Origin: Phaeosaccion multiseriatum
Lineage: Eukaryota > Protista > Ochrophyta, other classes
Assembly (NCBI GenBank): GCA_965112735.1
Contig: OZ218959.1
Span: 1,364,001 to 1,428,000 of the forward strand
Direction of reading: 5' to 3'
DNA length: 64,000 bases
Positions 13,001 to 24,300 of the stretch are shown piece after piece. How positions within the stretch are numbered: the first letter of the stretch is position 1; each line of letters opens with the position of its first letter. The notes below the pieces were generated by a model that ran no database searches, had not been told where the DNA came from, and saw only the letters and a list, made by a program, of their open reading frames with translations. The position numbers were made by a program, and so were the translations under genes.

Positions 13001-14873
13001 CCCATCCACTGCCATCCACTGCCATCCACTGCTATCCACTGCCGTCCACTGCCGTCCACTGCTATCCACTGCCATCTATCCATCTCTCTCCACTGCAAAG
13101 CAATGCCCTCCCCCGGCACCCCCTTCTCCTCCCTCCTGCCTCCCTTCTCTCTCTCTCCTTCTGTCCCTCGCTCTACCTCGCTGTCTTTCCCCTTCATTTT
13201 CTCTCCCTCCCTCCCTCCCTCCCTCCCTCGTACCCCTCACCACCAACAAGGACCCGGACGAGGAAGACCCTAACAGCTGGGCGGTGCCGCGTCCTCCGCT
13301 GCTCAAGTACGATTGGGCCGACACAGAGGACATGAGTCGCTACGAAACGCCTCTCTTCACCAAGTGGCTCAAGGCCAAGAAGAAGCGCAAGAAGGCCAAG
13401 GCCAAGGCCGCACGGGAAGAGATGGTGCGTACGTGCGTGCGTGCGTGCGCGTGTGTGTGTGTGTGTGTGTGTGTGCGTGCGTGCGTGAGTGCGTGCGTCC
13501 TCACCGCGGTTCACCTGCCCCTCCCCCGCTCTCTCCCTCCCTCCCTCCCTCACTTCTCCTCCTCCCCCACCCGTCCCCTTCACTCTTGTCTCTCCGTCTT
13601 TTTGCCTTTGTTTGTTTCCCATTCTTTCCTGGTGGCCTACCCGCGCATTACTTTAATACGATCGGTACCTGCGTATGCGTACGTACCTACCTACGTACCT
13701 ACCTACGTACCTACTTACGTACCTACTTACGTACCTACTTACGTAGAGGGCGCGCGGGGAGGAGGTGGACACAGAGAGTGACTCAAGCGACTCCGACGAC
13801 AACAGCGACGCAGACAACGATGACTCCGACACAGATGGCAGTGACGCGGATGTCGAGTCAGAGGCCCTCCAAGACGCTGACAGCCTCGCCACGGCAGGGG
13901 CCAAGAAGGGTCGAGGGGGAAGGGGAGGAGGTGATGATGATGACGACGACTCGATCGATGACCTTGCGGCGGAGCAGGCCAGGCTTGATGCCCTCACCAA
14001 GCTGGACGAGGAGGAGGAGCGGCGTGAGAAGGAGGCGGAGGCGGAGCGGATGAAGGAGGAGGTAAGGGTGCGAGGGTTGGGGAGAGAGAGGTGGAGAGAC
14101 AGTGAGTGAGTGAGGGATGGGGTTTCCGTTTCCTCGTGCTTTGGAGGGTGGTGGGGGAGGGTTGGGGGTTGTTGTTGCCACTGCCCCGCACCCTCCAGAC
14201 GGTCATCGAGGCTATACTCAATTGAAACTACAACTGCCCCCGTCCACTGCCGTCCACTGCCATCCCCCCCCCCCCCCCCCTTTCGCTTAGGCCTGGGCCA
14301 TGCAGCCCAAGGATCGCCTCCTCTACAACAAATCCTTCACCAAGCTTGATAAGGTGGGCAACAGTGTCAGTATCAGTTTCAGTTCATTCATCCCTTCCCC
14401 CCCCCCGGGTCCCTCCGGGGGAACTTAGGAGCGCATTCGTCACCAACGAGGGCTTGGGCTTGTCGATCAGGGGAAGTAAACTGAAGCTCAAACTCCCCCT
14501 CCTCCCTCCCTCGTCTCCCTCCGCCTGCTCCCCACCCTCCCCCTCCTCCCTCCCCCCGGCGCTCCACCCCCCCCCCCCCAACAACGACCCATGCATTCAG
14601 GACCTGAGTAAGTCAGTGGACTTCTCCGAATGCGAACCCATGTTCCGTAAAGCCGGGCTGTCCGAGAGTGCCATCTTGCAGCTCTTTGGCCTGTCCCTCA
14701 GCCTCAACGGCACCCCCCAGCCCGACAAGGTGGAGAGCGATGCCGCAGCCATTCGTCACGGGGCACTCTCGCAGTCACAGTTCGCGGTATGCTTCCATAT
14801 GCTGCGGTGTGTCACACAGAGAGGCATGGTGCTGCCCACAGAGCTGCCCGTGCCGCTGAGGTTGGTCGACTGA
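378..14873 (+). CDS. Leucine-rich repeat protein with charged/coiled-coil region and C-terminal EH-like domain (5' end lies upstream of the window; 24 exons seen)
   Basis: In-frame GT-AG exons approx. 378-496, 963-1037, 1284-1331, 1832-1966, 2380-2489, 3209-3334, 4039-4255, 4615-4710, 4889-4939, 5630-5753, 6074-6240, 6899-6958, 7582-7671, 8924-9019, 9743-9926, 10247-10380, 10782-10865, 11459-11692, 11848-12018, 12751-12921, 13251-13424, 13747-14061, 14291-14353, 14601-14873 (TGA). Typical LRRs: [63 protein letters not shown]. The C-terminus [21 protein letters not shown]...[15 protein letters not shown]...[12 protein letters not shown]...LPTELPVPL fits the EH consensus. Confidence 0.85.
1459..1764 (+). 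repeat. Perfect (CTT)~102 trinucleotide tract in an intron
   Basis: Uninterrupted CTT from 1459 to 1764, preceded by (CCT)6. Confidence 0.97.
7203..7571 (+). repeat. (CCTC)n tetranucleotide tract, intronic
   Basis: Near-perfect CCTC run just upstream of the acceptor at 7581. Confidence 0.95.
8711..8916 (+). repeat. (TACA)n tetranucleotide tract, intronic
   Basis: About 50 TACA units immediately upstream of the acceptor at 8923. Confidence 0.95.
11285..11373 (+). repeat. ~90-bp intronic direct repeat, copy 1 (copy 2 at 12541-12630)
   Basis: CTCCAGAAGGATGACGTGTTCATGTTGTCTG...AACCCCGATCAAAACCTCTCACGCACCCCT occurs in two different introns with about 3 differences. Confidence 0.93.
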
Positions 14874-15938
14874 TGGGTTGGCGGATGGATGGACGCGACG
14901 GACGCACAGACGGATTGGCTGACAGGAAGACGGACGGACTGGTTGGCTGGCAGGCACGCAGGCAGACGGACAGACTGGTTGGTGGCAGGTAGACAGACAG
15001 ACGGACTGGTTGGCGGACAGGAAGACGGACGGACGGATTGGCTGACAGGAAGACGGACGGACGGGTTGGCTGGCAGGCAGGCAGGCAGGCGGACAGACTG
15101 GTTGGTTGGCAGGCAGGCAGACAGACGGACAGACTGGTTGGACATATGATACGATGTGTATGGATGTGGCACAATGGACGTCTTACGGTGGGGGCATTGG
15201 AGAGGCGGAAGCGACGCGTGTCGCCAGCTGCGGTGGGAGTCTGTACAGGCGTATGGAAAAGGGCTTATTCTTTCTTTCCTTTTTGATGTTTATTACTGCA
15301 CCTCGTTTCTGTGCGCCACACATACATAACCCGCCGCATCACTGACGGATTGCTCTCAAGCATGGCCCAAACCCGAAAGATAGACCTCATGGATCCCCAA
15401 TGTCGAGGTGTTGCACCTCAATGTCGAGGAGTTGCGGCTTCCATCGGATTTCGGAAACGATTTCATTACTTTTAGGCAGATCCCCGATGGCACTTAAAGG
15501 TTTTGGCGGAGATCAAATCGAGCGGGGGGTGAGGAAGTGAGAAGAAAAGAATATCAAGCACAGACAAGGGCGCCTGTGAGGGAGATACCGAAGGCGTGGA
15601 GACAGGGTGGGTTTTCTCGTCGATGGGCATGTGAAAGCGGCACGGGGGAATGGGGAACGGGATTATTTTCCGTCGAATCCGTGCCTACCTTCCCCCCCCC
15701 TTCTCCCTCCAACTCCTCCTCACCTCCCTTTTCTCGTCGCTGACTGCTCTTACCACCTGCTCCGCTGTGCACTACCACACTGCTCCGCTTCGTGTCCCAC
15801 TCCAGACGTCTTGGGGGATTCACGAGGAGCGGAAGCGCTCCCCCCGGTCATCAGTACTTCTAGATCTTAGTTGGTTCCCCCCAAAAGCAGGGAGGGAGGG
15901 AGAGAATTGCCAGGGGCGTTCGCTGCACACGTGCAACA

Positions 15939-18900
15939 ATGAGCGTTGCCACTCTGAACAACCTCCTAGTGAAGGCTGCGGACTGGGACAAAGATGAGAG
16001 ATACATGGCCACCAGCGACCTTTGCGGCGAGCTGCAAAAGGTAATGGACGACACCTGATTCTTTTATACCCCATCCACGTCTATCCGCCCTGCATGTGCT
16101 GTATAGACCCACGTCTCTCATGCTGCGTGTACTTGTGCGTTCCGCCTCTTTTATCTCCTCGTTGCCGCCGCGAGGACCTTCTCTCTCCCGCCCTCCTTGA
16201 CCCCCCTCCCCCGCCGCCACCTCCTCCTCTTTTTGACGTTCATCAGGAGCTCAAAATAGACGCCGCCATGGAGCGCCGCATCTGCGCAGCTGTCCTGAAG
16301 CAGCTGGACGACACCTCCAACGACGTGCAGTCCATCGCCATCAAGTGCCTGGGCATCTTGCTCGAGAAGGTGCAAGAGGCGCAGGCGGGCGAGATTTGCG
16401 ACAAGCTCTGCACCCTCATCCTGGAGGGCAAGCAGGAGCTCAGGGACATATACTCCATCGGTGAGTGAGTCAGAGAGTGAGTGAGTGAGTCAGTGAGTGA
16501 GTGAGTGAGTGAGTGAGTGAGTGAGTGAGTGAGTGAGTGAGTGGGGTGAGTGAGTGAGTGAGTGAGTCAGTGAGTGAGTGAGTCAGTGAGTGAGTGAGTT
16601 AGTGAGTGAGTATGTGAGTGAGTGAGTGAGTGAGTGAGTGTGTGAGTGGGGGATGGAGGGAGTGAGTGGGTGAATGAGTGAGTGGGTGAGTGAGTGGGTG
16701 GGTGAGTGAGTGTGTGAGTGAGTGAGTGAGTGTGTGTGTGAGTGAGTGTGTGAGTGAATGAGTGAGTGACTTTCTGCAAGGTGGGGCGGTATGCGGCTGG
16801 TGCATATGTCCACGCTGACACCACACCGACACCATGGCACACACGAAACCAACAGGACAACACACACACACACAAACCGAAACGAACAGGCCTCAAGCTG
16901 CAGCCGCTATTTCACCTTCTTCTCTTCCCCTCACTTGTCTCCTTGCCTCCTTGTGTCGTTTGTCCTTCCCTTCACCTTCCCTCCCAAGACCTCTACACGC
17001 TCACCTAACCTCCCGTCCCCGCTTTCCCTCATGTCCATGTCTCCCCTCTCTCTCCTCTCACTCCTCCTTGCCCTTGCCCTTGCCTTCCTTGCCCTCCACA
17101 GGCCTCAAGACGCTCATCTCGGACGTTCCTGATGCCATGGGTCCGTCCATCGCAGGGTGAGTGAGTGGGGGATGAGTGAGAGGGTGAGTGGAGGGGTGAG
17201 TGGAGGTCTCCTCCTCTTCAGACAACTCAGGCGTATGGGCAAGAGGACACCCCAGGAGGAGAGAGATTTTCTCTTGAAACTGAATCTGCAACTACTGCCG
17301 CGTATGTACCCCTACCTCCCCACCTACCTACGTACCTACCTACGTACCTACCTACCCGTTTACGTATATACTTACGTACCTACCTACCTACCTACATACA
17401 TACGTACCTACATACCTACCTATCTCCCTATCTGCATACCTGCGCACCCACCCACCCGCCTACCTACCTACCTACCTACCTACCTGTCTGCCTCCCCTAC
17501 GTACGTACCTACCTACCTGCCTACCTACCTTCCTATCTACCTATCCATGTGCACAGGCGGCTGTCGAAGCGTCTGCTTGGCGGGGTGGAGCAGGACGAGA
17601 CGCTTGACATTAAGCTTGAGTGCCTCGAGAACCTCACTGACTTACTCAAGCGCTTCGGGAGGGAGATGGAGCCCGAGCACGGACACATCATATCGGTGGT
17701 CATGAAGCAGCTCAGCCACGAGAGGTAAGAAGGATGGGAGGGGACGAGAGGAGAGGGAAGGAGAGGAGAGGAGAGGAGAGGAGGGGAGGGGAGAGGAAAA
17801 GAGGGGAGAAGAGGAGAGGGGAGGAGAGGGGAGGGGAGGGGAGAAGAGGGGAGGGGAGAGGAGGGGCCCTTACCCTCACGCCCTCGTATATACCACCCTT
17901 CCCTGCCTCCACCAATCTCCCAACCACCCACCTGACCCCCCTGACCCCCCTGACCCCCCCCCCCCCCCCTCTTGTTCTCTGCCTCCTCCTCCTCCTCAGA
18001 CTGGTGGTGCGCAAGCGAGGAGCGGCGTGCCTGGGCTCAGTGGCGGTTGTGGTGTCGGACTCGCTGCTGAATCGCATGACGGAGACGCTGCTGGGACAGA
18101 TCGACTCGGAGGCCCACAAGAGGCCTGACATAGTGCGCACCCTCATCCAGGTATGGTATTGTAGGTATGGTGTGGTATGGTGTGGTATGGTGTGGGATAG
18201 AGTCGATGTTGTGTGTCGATGCTGTGTGTAGTATATCGAAGGTGTCGATGTTGTGTGTCGATGTTGTGTGTAGAAGATATCGATCTTGTATATCGAAGTT
18301 GTGTGTAGAAGATATCGATCTTGTATATCGAAGGTGTCGATATTGTGTATCGTATCGATGTCTTCGATATTGAGTATCTCGCCCCACACCCTAGCCACCC
18401 CATACACTCCAACCCCCACCCCCACACACCCACCCACACACACACCCACACACACACAGACCATCGGCACGATCAGCCGCACGGTTGGATATCGCCTCGG
18501 CCGTCACCTCGACAGCGTTGTACCGCTATTCCTCAAGTGTTGCGGAGACCCTGAGGATGAGGCGCAGCACACAGAGGCGGCCAACGAGCTCAGAGAGAAT
18601 TGCTTCCAGGTGGGTGGGGAGGGGAGGGGAGGAGAGGGGAGGGGAGGGGAGGGGAGGGAGGGAGGGAGGGAGGGAGGAAGGTTGGGGGAAGGCAGGGATG
18701 GGCGGGAGTATGGAGCTTTTCGGCTAACTTGGGCTGGCGTTGGCTTGGCTGCCTACTCTCTCCCTCTCTCCCTCTCCCTCCCTTGTGCAGGGCTTCGAAA
18801 GCTTCGTGACGCGCTGCCCGAGGGAGGTGACGCCCCACCTCGCTACCATCATCAGCGTGGCCCTGCAGGTAGGTGGATGGAGGAATATGGGTGGCTAGGG

Positions 18901-19433
18901 TGGGTGGATGGAGGCATATCGGTGGGGTGGGGTCGGTTAGGGCAGAAGGCGTATGCGTGGGGGAATGAGAGGAGAGAAGATGCCAGAGACAGAGACAGAG
19001 ACAGAGAGAGTAAGAGAGGCGAGGGAGAGAGCGAGAGAGCGAGAGATAGGGGGGGGTGGGGGGGGTTGAGTGTTGTCAGGCCTGTTGCTGGGCCTCGAGT
19101 GTGTCTCTGTCTCTCGCTCTCTCTTATCCTCTCCCCCTCGCCACCTCCCTCTCTCCCTCCCTCTCTCTCGCTTCTCTCTCTCGCCTCTCTTGTGCGTCCC
19201 AAATATTGGGTGCTCCTCTGCTTACATCTGCGTACAACAACAACACACACATACACACATACACACAGTACATCAAATATGACCCCAACTACAGTTACGG
19301 TGACAGCGACGACGAGGGGGCGGGGGGCGAGGGGGATGACATGGAAGACGACTTTGAGGACGATGAGGATGACTTCTCAGACGACGGGGGGGCGGGCAGC
19401 GATGATGACGACACTGGCTGGAAGGTAGGGGGG

Positions 19434-19467
<34 letters not shown>

Positions 19468-20724
19468 TCTCTCTCTCTCTCTCTTTGTGTGTGTGTGTGT
19501 CATTTCTCTCTGGCTGGATGGTAAAGGGGGGGGGCGTCTCTGTCTCTGTATCTGTGTATATGTGTCTGTCTCTCTGGCTGGAAGGTGTCTGTGTATGTGT
19601 CTTATGTCTCTCTGGCCGGAAGGTGGAAGGTGTCTGTGTATGTGTCTTATGTCTCTCTGGCTGGAAGGTGTCTGTGTATGTGTCTTATGTCTCTCTGGCT
19701 GGAAGGTGTCTGTGTATGTGTCTTATGTCTCTCTGGCCGGAAGGTGTCTGTGTATGTGTCTTATGTCTCTCTGGCTGGAAGGTGTCTGTGTATGTGTCTT
19801 ATGTCTCTCTGGCCGGAAGGTAAAGGGGTCTCTCTCTGTGTCTCTCTCTCTCTCTCTCTCTCTTCGATGTCGTGTCTCTCCCTCTCCCATTCCCTCCCCC
19901 TCCCCTGGCTGTGATGGCCCTCCCTCTAGCCACCAATCAACAAACCATCATATGTTTTGTGCTGTGTATCACCAACTGCTGGACATGTGACCTCCAAAAG
20001 GTGCGGCGAAGCGCAGTCAAGGTGCTCTCTGCGGTCATCATGAACAGACCCGAGATGCTGCAGGACCTCTACACAGGGTACGTACCATTACGTGGGTACA
20101 CAAGTAACACACACACACACACGCAAACGTACATACACACAAACGCACACAGGAATTACATAAAACACACCCACTCCCACCCACACACGCACCCTCTCCC
20201 CACAACACACACACATACACACGTTGGTGATACGCAGGTGCTGTGACGAGCTCGTGGGGCGTTTCAAGGAGAGGGAGGAGAATGTGCGAGTGGATATTTT
20301 GCTGTGCTTCAACAGCTTGCTGCAGGCCACGCTCAACACAGGTAAGTGCGAGTGGAGAATCGAGTGTGGTAGAGCTTTTATCAAAGTCTGCGTGTCCATC
20401 CATCCATCCATCCATCCATCTTTCCTTCCATATGTAACCCCGTACACACACGCCCGATTGCACCCCATTGAAACTGCACTACACAACACTCACGACCATT
20501 TGCTCCCCACTGGCACGATACTGTACACGATTTGGCACTGCACGCCACACTACAACATAATAACGCGTCATCACAGGAAGTCGCCGGAGCGCCACTCGAA
20601 GCACACAGAGCGCCGGGGGGGGGGACAAGGAGCTGCTGTCTCAGTCCCTGCGCACGCAGGTGAGGGACCTATCGGCTAGTAGGAGGAAGAGGAGGAGGAG
20701 GAGGAGGAGGAGGAGGAGGAGGAA

Positions 20725-20766
<42 letters not shown>

Positions 20767-20835
20767 CAGGAGTGGTAAGAGTAGTCGTCGTAGTATTGTA
20801 GTAGCAGCAGCAGCAGGAGTAGTTGTAGTAGAAGC

Positions 20836-20868
<33 letters not shown>

Positions 20869-21349
20869 CGTTAGTGGTAGAAGTTAGTAGCAAGAAGAAG
20901 AGCAGCAGCAGCAGTAGCAGTATCAGTAGCGGAAGTAGTGGGAGTAGGGTCTAGTCAACGGAAACTGAAACTGAAGCTCAAACTGAATCTGAAACTGTCA
21001 CTTTCACAGGTGGCGACGCGGCAGAAGTCGTGTGTGCACGAGCTCAGCGCCAAGCTACCGGCCCTGATTAAGGCCGTGGACAAGCAGCTGCAGAGTGAGT
21101 GGGATGGTTGGCTGGCAGCAGGGCTGGCTGGTTTGGTTGAAGGGAGGGAGAAGAGACGGGGGCGGGGAGCGTTGCTTGCCTCGCATGCTTGCCTTGCCCA
21201 TCCTCTTTTGTCTCTCTCTCTCTTTTCTTCTCTCTCGTTGTCCCCCAGAATACTCCTTTCTTCTCCCTCTCTTCTCTTTTTGGTCTTCTCCTCTGCTTGC
21301 AGCTCTCAGCCCCTGTTCTGACCTCGCCCCCCGTTCTTTCCTCCTCCTC

Positions 21350-21381
<32 letters not shown>

Positions 21382-24300
21382 TCTTTGAGTCAGGCAAGAG
21401 CCACAAGACGGTGGCCACAGTGTTCCAGATGCTGCGAACGCTGTGCCAAGTGCTGAACGGAGGGCTTGATGACTTCATGAATGGCCTCCTCGCCAACGTA
21501 GGGAGGTCAGTCACTGCAAGGGAGGAGGAGGAGGAGGAGGAGGAGGAGGAGGAGGAGGGTGACAGCTTGGAAGTATAAGGAGAGGGAGAGACTACCTGAA
21601 AGAGGAGGGGAAGAGAAGAGACAGAAACTGAGAACACGCGCACGAACACACTCAAATAGAGGACACACACACACACACAACACATAAACCCCCCCGAAAC
21701 AGGTCGCTGCAGGACCGAAATCACACACTGAAGCTCGAGGCGCTGCAGTTTCTGCGCCTTGCCATGGACCTGCACCCACCACGCGTGTTCCACCCCTCGG
21801 CCAGTAAGCTGGTGGAGCTCGTGACGGCATGTGTGGCTGAGGATTGGTACAAGATCATTGCCGAGGCGTTGCGCTGCGTGGGCTCTCTCGTGCATGTCAT
21901 TTGTCCGAGACCGGCTCTGACGGCTGCTGCGGCTGCGGCTGCGGCTGGCGGCGGTGGTGGTAGTGGTGGTAGAGGTGGTGACGTGGTGATGCCGCCTCCT
22001 GTGCCCGGTAGTGAAGGAGGCAGAGGCGGAGGAGGGGAGGATACGAGTGGAGAGCCCTTTGACTACAGCCCTTACGTCAAGCCGCTGTATGATGCGGTCT
22101 TGCCTCGACTAAGTGCGCATGATATCGACCAGGAGATTAAGGAGTGTGCCATCAACACCATGGGGCTGTTGTTGGCGCACATGGGAGACCAGTTAGGTAG
22201 GTGTATTACGTGTGTTCTGTCAGTCCGTTGGTTAGTCATTCAGTCAATCAAAATCACAGTGCAGGTGGAGGGAGGGAGGGAGGAAGGAGAGGAGGGTGGG
22301 GGCTGTGTGTCAAGTGTCAGGACATACAGAGTGACAGGACGTGTCAGGACGGAGAGAGAGTCACCAACGTGGAGCAGTACTCGTTTGCCTACCCTGCCCT
22401 ACCCTGCCCTACCCTGCCGTGCCCTGCACAGCGATTTCCACCCGTCCCCCTTCCCCACCCCCCACACCCTCCCCCCCCCCCCTTACCACCCCGACCCATT
22501 GACGTACTAACCACCCGTTGACGTACTAACCACCCATTGACGTACTAACCACCCATTGACGTACTAACCACCCATTGACGTACTAACCACCCACCCAACA
22601 CAGAGGCCGAGCTCCCCACGGTGCTTGAGCTTCTCATGGATCGTCTGCGCAACGAAATCACTCGCATGGCCACTCTCAAGACCCTCGCTTTGGTGTCGCA
22701 GAGCCCTTTGCGCATCGACCTTGGGTCCGTGTTGAATGACAGTGTCAAGGAGCTGGCCTACTTCCTGAGGCAGCAGAGCAGACCGCTCAAGCAGACCACG
22801 CTGCAGAGCCTCATCGCTCTCGTCGCCAGCAACGCGAAGCAGATGGACGGTGAGGCTAGTGGGGGGTGTAGTAAGTCAATGGGTGGGGGGTGGGTGGGTG
22901 AGGTGGCGAGAGTGGGGTGGGGGGGGGTGGGGGGTGCGTGTGTGGAGGTGGCGTGTGGTGGTGGGGAGGGTGGTGGCTGGGGAAGGGAAGGAGGGGAGGG
23001 AGGAGGGGCAAGTGAGTGATGGAAGGTGAGCCTCTCATGACGAGGCAAGGCCTAAGCTCTCCATTCATTCGTGTCCTGGCCAGGCTCATCGGGCATAAGT
23101 ATCTCTCATCTGACTTCCCCCTTGCTCCTCCTTCTCCTCCTCCTCCTCCTCCTCCTCCTCCTCCTCCTCCTCCTCCTTCTCCTCCTTCTCCTCCTTCTCC
23201 TCCTCCTCCTTCTCCTCCTCCTCCTCCTCCTCCTCCTCCTCCTCCTCTCTTGTCCTTTCTCCTCCTCCTCCTCCTCCTCCTCTCCTCCTCCTCCTCCTCC
23301 TCCTCATCCTCCTCCTCCTCCTCCTCCTCCTTCTCCTCCTTCTCCTCCTCCTCCTCCTCCTCCTCCTCCTCCTCCTCTCTTGTCCTTTCTCCTCCTCCTC
23401 CTCCTCCTCCTCCTCCTCTCTTGTCCTTTCTCCTGCTCCTCTCCTCCACCGGCGGCCCCTCTCTGTCCACTATCACCCTCACTTCTCCTCCTTCACGCTC
23501 CCTCTATTCAACCCCCCATCCACTGCCATCCTCATCCCCCCAACCCCAACACACACACATACACACATACACCCACACACATATATGTACACACACACAC
23601 ATACACACATACACCCACACACATATATGTACACACACACACTTACACACATACACCCACACACATATATGTACACACACACACATACACACATACACCC
23701 ACACACATATATGTACACACACACACACACACACGCAGAGGAGCTGTTCTCCCTGGTACTGCACGAGGCATCTTCGCTGGTCATCGACTCCGACCTCCAC
23801 CTTGCTCACCTCTCTCTGCGCCTCACCAGCGAGGTGCTAGCGGTGGCCACCGCAGTGAGCCCCACTCTCAAGAAGGATGTCATGCCACGCTGCTTCGATC
23901 TGGCGGCGAGTCCGTTGCTCCAGGGCCTTGCGTTAGGCTCTCTGCTCAACTTGTTTGAAGGCGTGGTGGTGATGGGGGCGGAGGGGCTTGGGTTTGAGGA
24001 GTTGTTGAAGGAACTGCAGCGGACGGTGGAGGAGGGTGGAGGGCACTTGCCGAAGCAGGCCATTGGGAATATCGCCAAATGTATGGCGGTGCTCTGCAGT
24101 AAGGCGGAGGAGGTGAGTGGGAGGGAGGGAAGAAAGAATGGGGAGAGGGGAGAAGTGGACTTTTCACCCTATATGCTACAACATATACCCTCTACCTTAT
24201 ACCCCATACCCTATACCCCATGCTCTATACTCTATACCCTATATCCTTTGTCATATAACCTATACCCTATACCCTGTACCATATTCCGTACCCCATATAC

